From an uncultured Acidobacteriota bacterium (GTDB taxonomy: Bacteria; Acidobacteriota; Terriglobia; UBA7540), in the NCBI GenBank assembly GCA_963732975.1, contig CAVTBN010000008.1:7325-71324 (forward strand): 64,000 nt of DNA, written 5' to 3'. The notes beneath the pieces were generated by a model. That model did not search any database and was not told the DNA's origin. It saw only the letters and a list, made by a program, of their open reading frames with translations. A program made the position numbers and the translations under genes. Positions within the stretch are counted from its first letter, which is position 1. Each line of letters opens with the position of its first letter. This document shows positions 62,733 through 64,000 of this stretch, piece after piece.

Positions 62733-64000
62733 CTACACGGCGCCGAAGCGCAGCACCACCAGGGTGAGGTCGTCGGCGGGGGGCGCGTTGCCCTCAAAGG
62801 TTTTAACCGCTTTCAGGATTCTTTCTGAGACGCTGGCGGCGGGAAGTCTGGCGCAATCCCCGGCCACGCTGCTGAGCCTGGACTCGCCGAAGAGTTCATT
62901 GCGGAAGTTCTGCGCCTCGGTCAATCCGTCGGAAAACACCAGGACGATGTCGCCCGCTTCGAGGCGCGTGTTTCCGGCTTCGTAGGAAACGCCGGGAAAG
63001 AGTCCCACGGGAAAGTTGGAAGTTTCAAGCTGCTCCACGGCGCCGCTGCTGCGGACCACCAGCGGATAGGCGTGCCCGGCATTGACAAAGTTGAAGTCTC
63101 CGTTGGGGCTGATGACGCCGTAGAACATGGTGGCGTACATGGCCGCGCCCGAACGCTGGCGGAGAAAGTCGTTGACGCGGGCGAACGTCTCAGGTAATCC
63201 CAGATCGGCGGAAGCCATGGCGGCAAAAGCTCCCTGCAGGTTGGCGGAGAGGATGGCGGCGGTCAGGCCTTTGCCGGAAACGTCGGCCACCACAAATCCG
63301 TAGCGGTCCCCGGGCAGGGCCACCGCGTCGTAGTAGTCGCCGCCCACGCTGGAACTCGGCACCGTAAAGGCATGGACGCCGAAATAGGGACAGCGGGGCA
63401 GTTCCTTCGGCAGCAGGTCCTGCTGGATGTTCCGCGCCAGCTCCATGTCGTGCTGCACGCGCTCCTGTTGGCGCGCCAGGCGCAGCAACCGCGCGTTTTC
63501 AATCACCGTGGCGCTTTCGACGGCCAGGGTCTGCAACACCTGGCGGTCGAGCCCGGTGAGTGAGGTGGCGCGCGACCGGCCGTCCAGGTAAAGCACGCCC
63601 AGTTGTTCGGGTACGGCGCCGATGATGGAATCGCCGCGGGCGTCCGCCAGGGGAAGCTTTTGCAGCGGCAGCGCCACCACGCCGCGCACGCCGCCCTGCA
63701 GGGTCACCGTCTCGTTGGTGGCGCGCCCGGTGGAAGTCTCTTCCAGCACCATTTCTTCCCGCCCGGTTTCCGCCACGCGCTGCACCACGGCTTTGGAATA
63801 ATCTTCCGGCAGCGGGTCCAGCGAAATTTCATCCTGGGCGCGCGCCAGGCGCAACTGCAGTTCGCCGTCCGGCTCGCGCAGGAACAGCAGGCCGCGGTCG
63901 GCGCCCGTGATGCTCAGCGCGGAATCCACCAGCGCCGTCAGCACTTTTTCCAGGTTGGGGGAACGGGAGAGCATCTGGGCCACCTGCAGCAGCAGGTTCA
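62733..64000 (-). CDS. GAF domain-containing PP2C/SpoIIE family phosphatase (N-terminus beyond the right edge)
   Basis: The GAF part reads LTALVDSALSITGADRGLLFLREPDGELQL. The SpoIIE part reads GGDYYDAV...FVVADVSGKG...MFYGVI...NAGH...LVFSDGLTEA. The frame stays open to position 64000. Confidence 0.85.
   Translation of the reverse strand, partial: NLLLQVAQMLSRSPNLEKVLTALVDSALSITGADRGLLFLREPDGELQLRLARAQDEISLDPLPEDYSKAVVQRVAETGREEMVLEETSTGRATNETVTLQGGVRGVVALPLQKLPLADARGDSIIGAVPEQLGVLYLDGRSRATSLTGLDRQVLQTLAVESATVIENARLLRLARQQERVQHDMELARNIQQDLLPKELPRCPYFGVHAFTVPSSSVGGDYYDAVALPGDRYGFVVADVSGKGLTAAILSANLQGAFAAMASADLGLPETFARVNDFLRQRSGAAMYATMFYGVISPNGDFNFVNAGHAYPLVVRSSGAVEQLETSNFPVGLFPGVSYEAGNTRLEAGDIVLVFSDGLTEAQNFRNELFGESRLSSVAGDCARLPAASVSERILKAVKTFEGNAPPADDLTLVVLRFGAV

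Overview
High-GC (by eye about 60-65%) bacterial chromosomal window. Its content is mostly housekeeping and soil-lifestyle genes, and the mix is reminiscent of Acidobacteriota, though that placement is inference only. I found no transposase, integrase, phage, CRISPR or recognisable defence genes.

Recognisable genes:
- Left end: alaS-recX-pilT and ilvE.
- Enzymes and envelope proteins: CocE/NonD hydrolase, PAP2, PNGase-A-like, PfkB kinase, ThuA, M42 peptidase, DUF362, an ABC-2 exporter pair, MBL hydrolase, MFS sugar porter.
- rRNA: a minus-strand 23S-5S unit at about 35.1-38.6 kb, with no 16S or spacer tRNAs next to it.
- Right half: phospholipase-C-like phosphoesterase, Gfo/Idh/MocA oxidoreductase, TauE, AsmA, mglA, a B12/radical-SAM protein, msrA, rpmE, thyX, class II photolyase, an SDR/DUF2867 protein, a rhomboid-TPR protein, FmdE, htpX, a GT39-like membrane glycosyltransferase and a GAF-SpoIIE phosphatase.

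Most noteworthy observations:
1. A duplicated two-gene cassette (N-terminally anchored helical protein plus degenerate receiver-like protein) brackets an ECF-sigma/TetR/bacterioferritin block. Both copies share an upstream motif.
2. One palindromic operator is embedded in both the tetR and bfr promoters.
3. A family of small elements, each a CAACAYACAACAG-like head followed by 7-nt-periodic repeats, occurs in two intergenic regions, in the 23S leader and inside a roughly 100-nt expansion of 23S rRNA.
4. Several GTAGCG-headed REP-like palindromes are present.
5. A perfect 16-bp inverted repeat encloses about 470 nt in a gene-poor stretch.
6. A low-GC GT39 gene is flanked by intact htpX and a diverged, truncated copy of the htpX 3' end.
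7. At least eight genes, including essential alaS, are interrupted by what look like single-base insertions. This most likely reflects sequence quality rather than biology.

No complete novel system can be demonstrated from sequence alone. The duplicated cassette and the head-plus-heptad elements are the best candidates.
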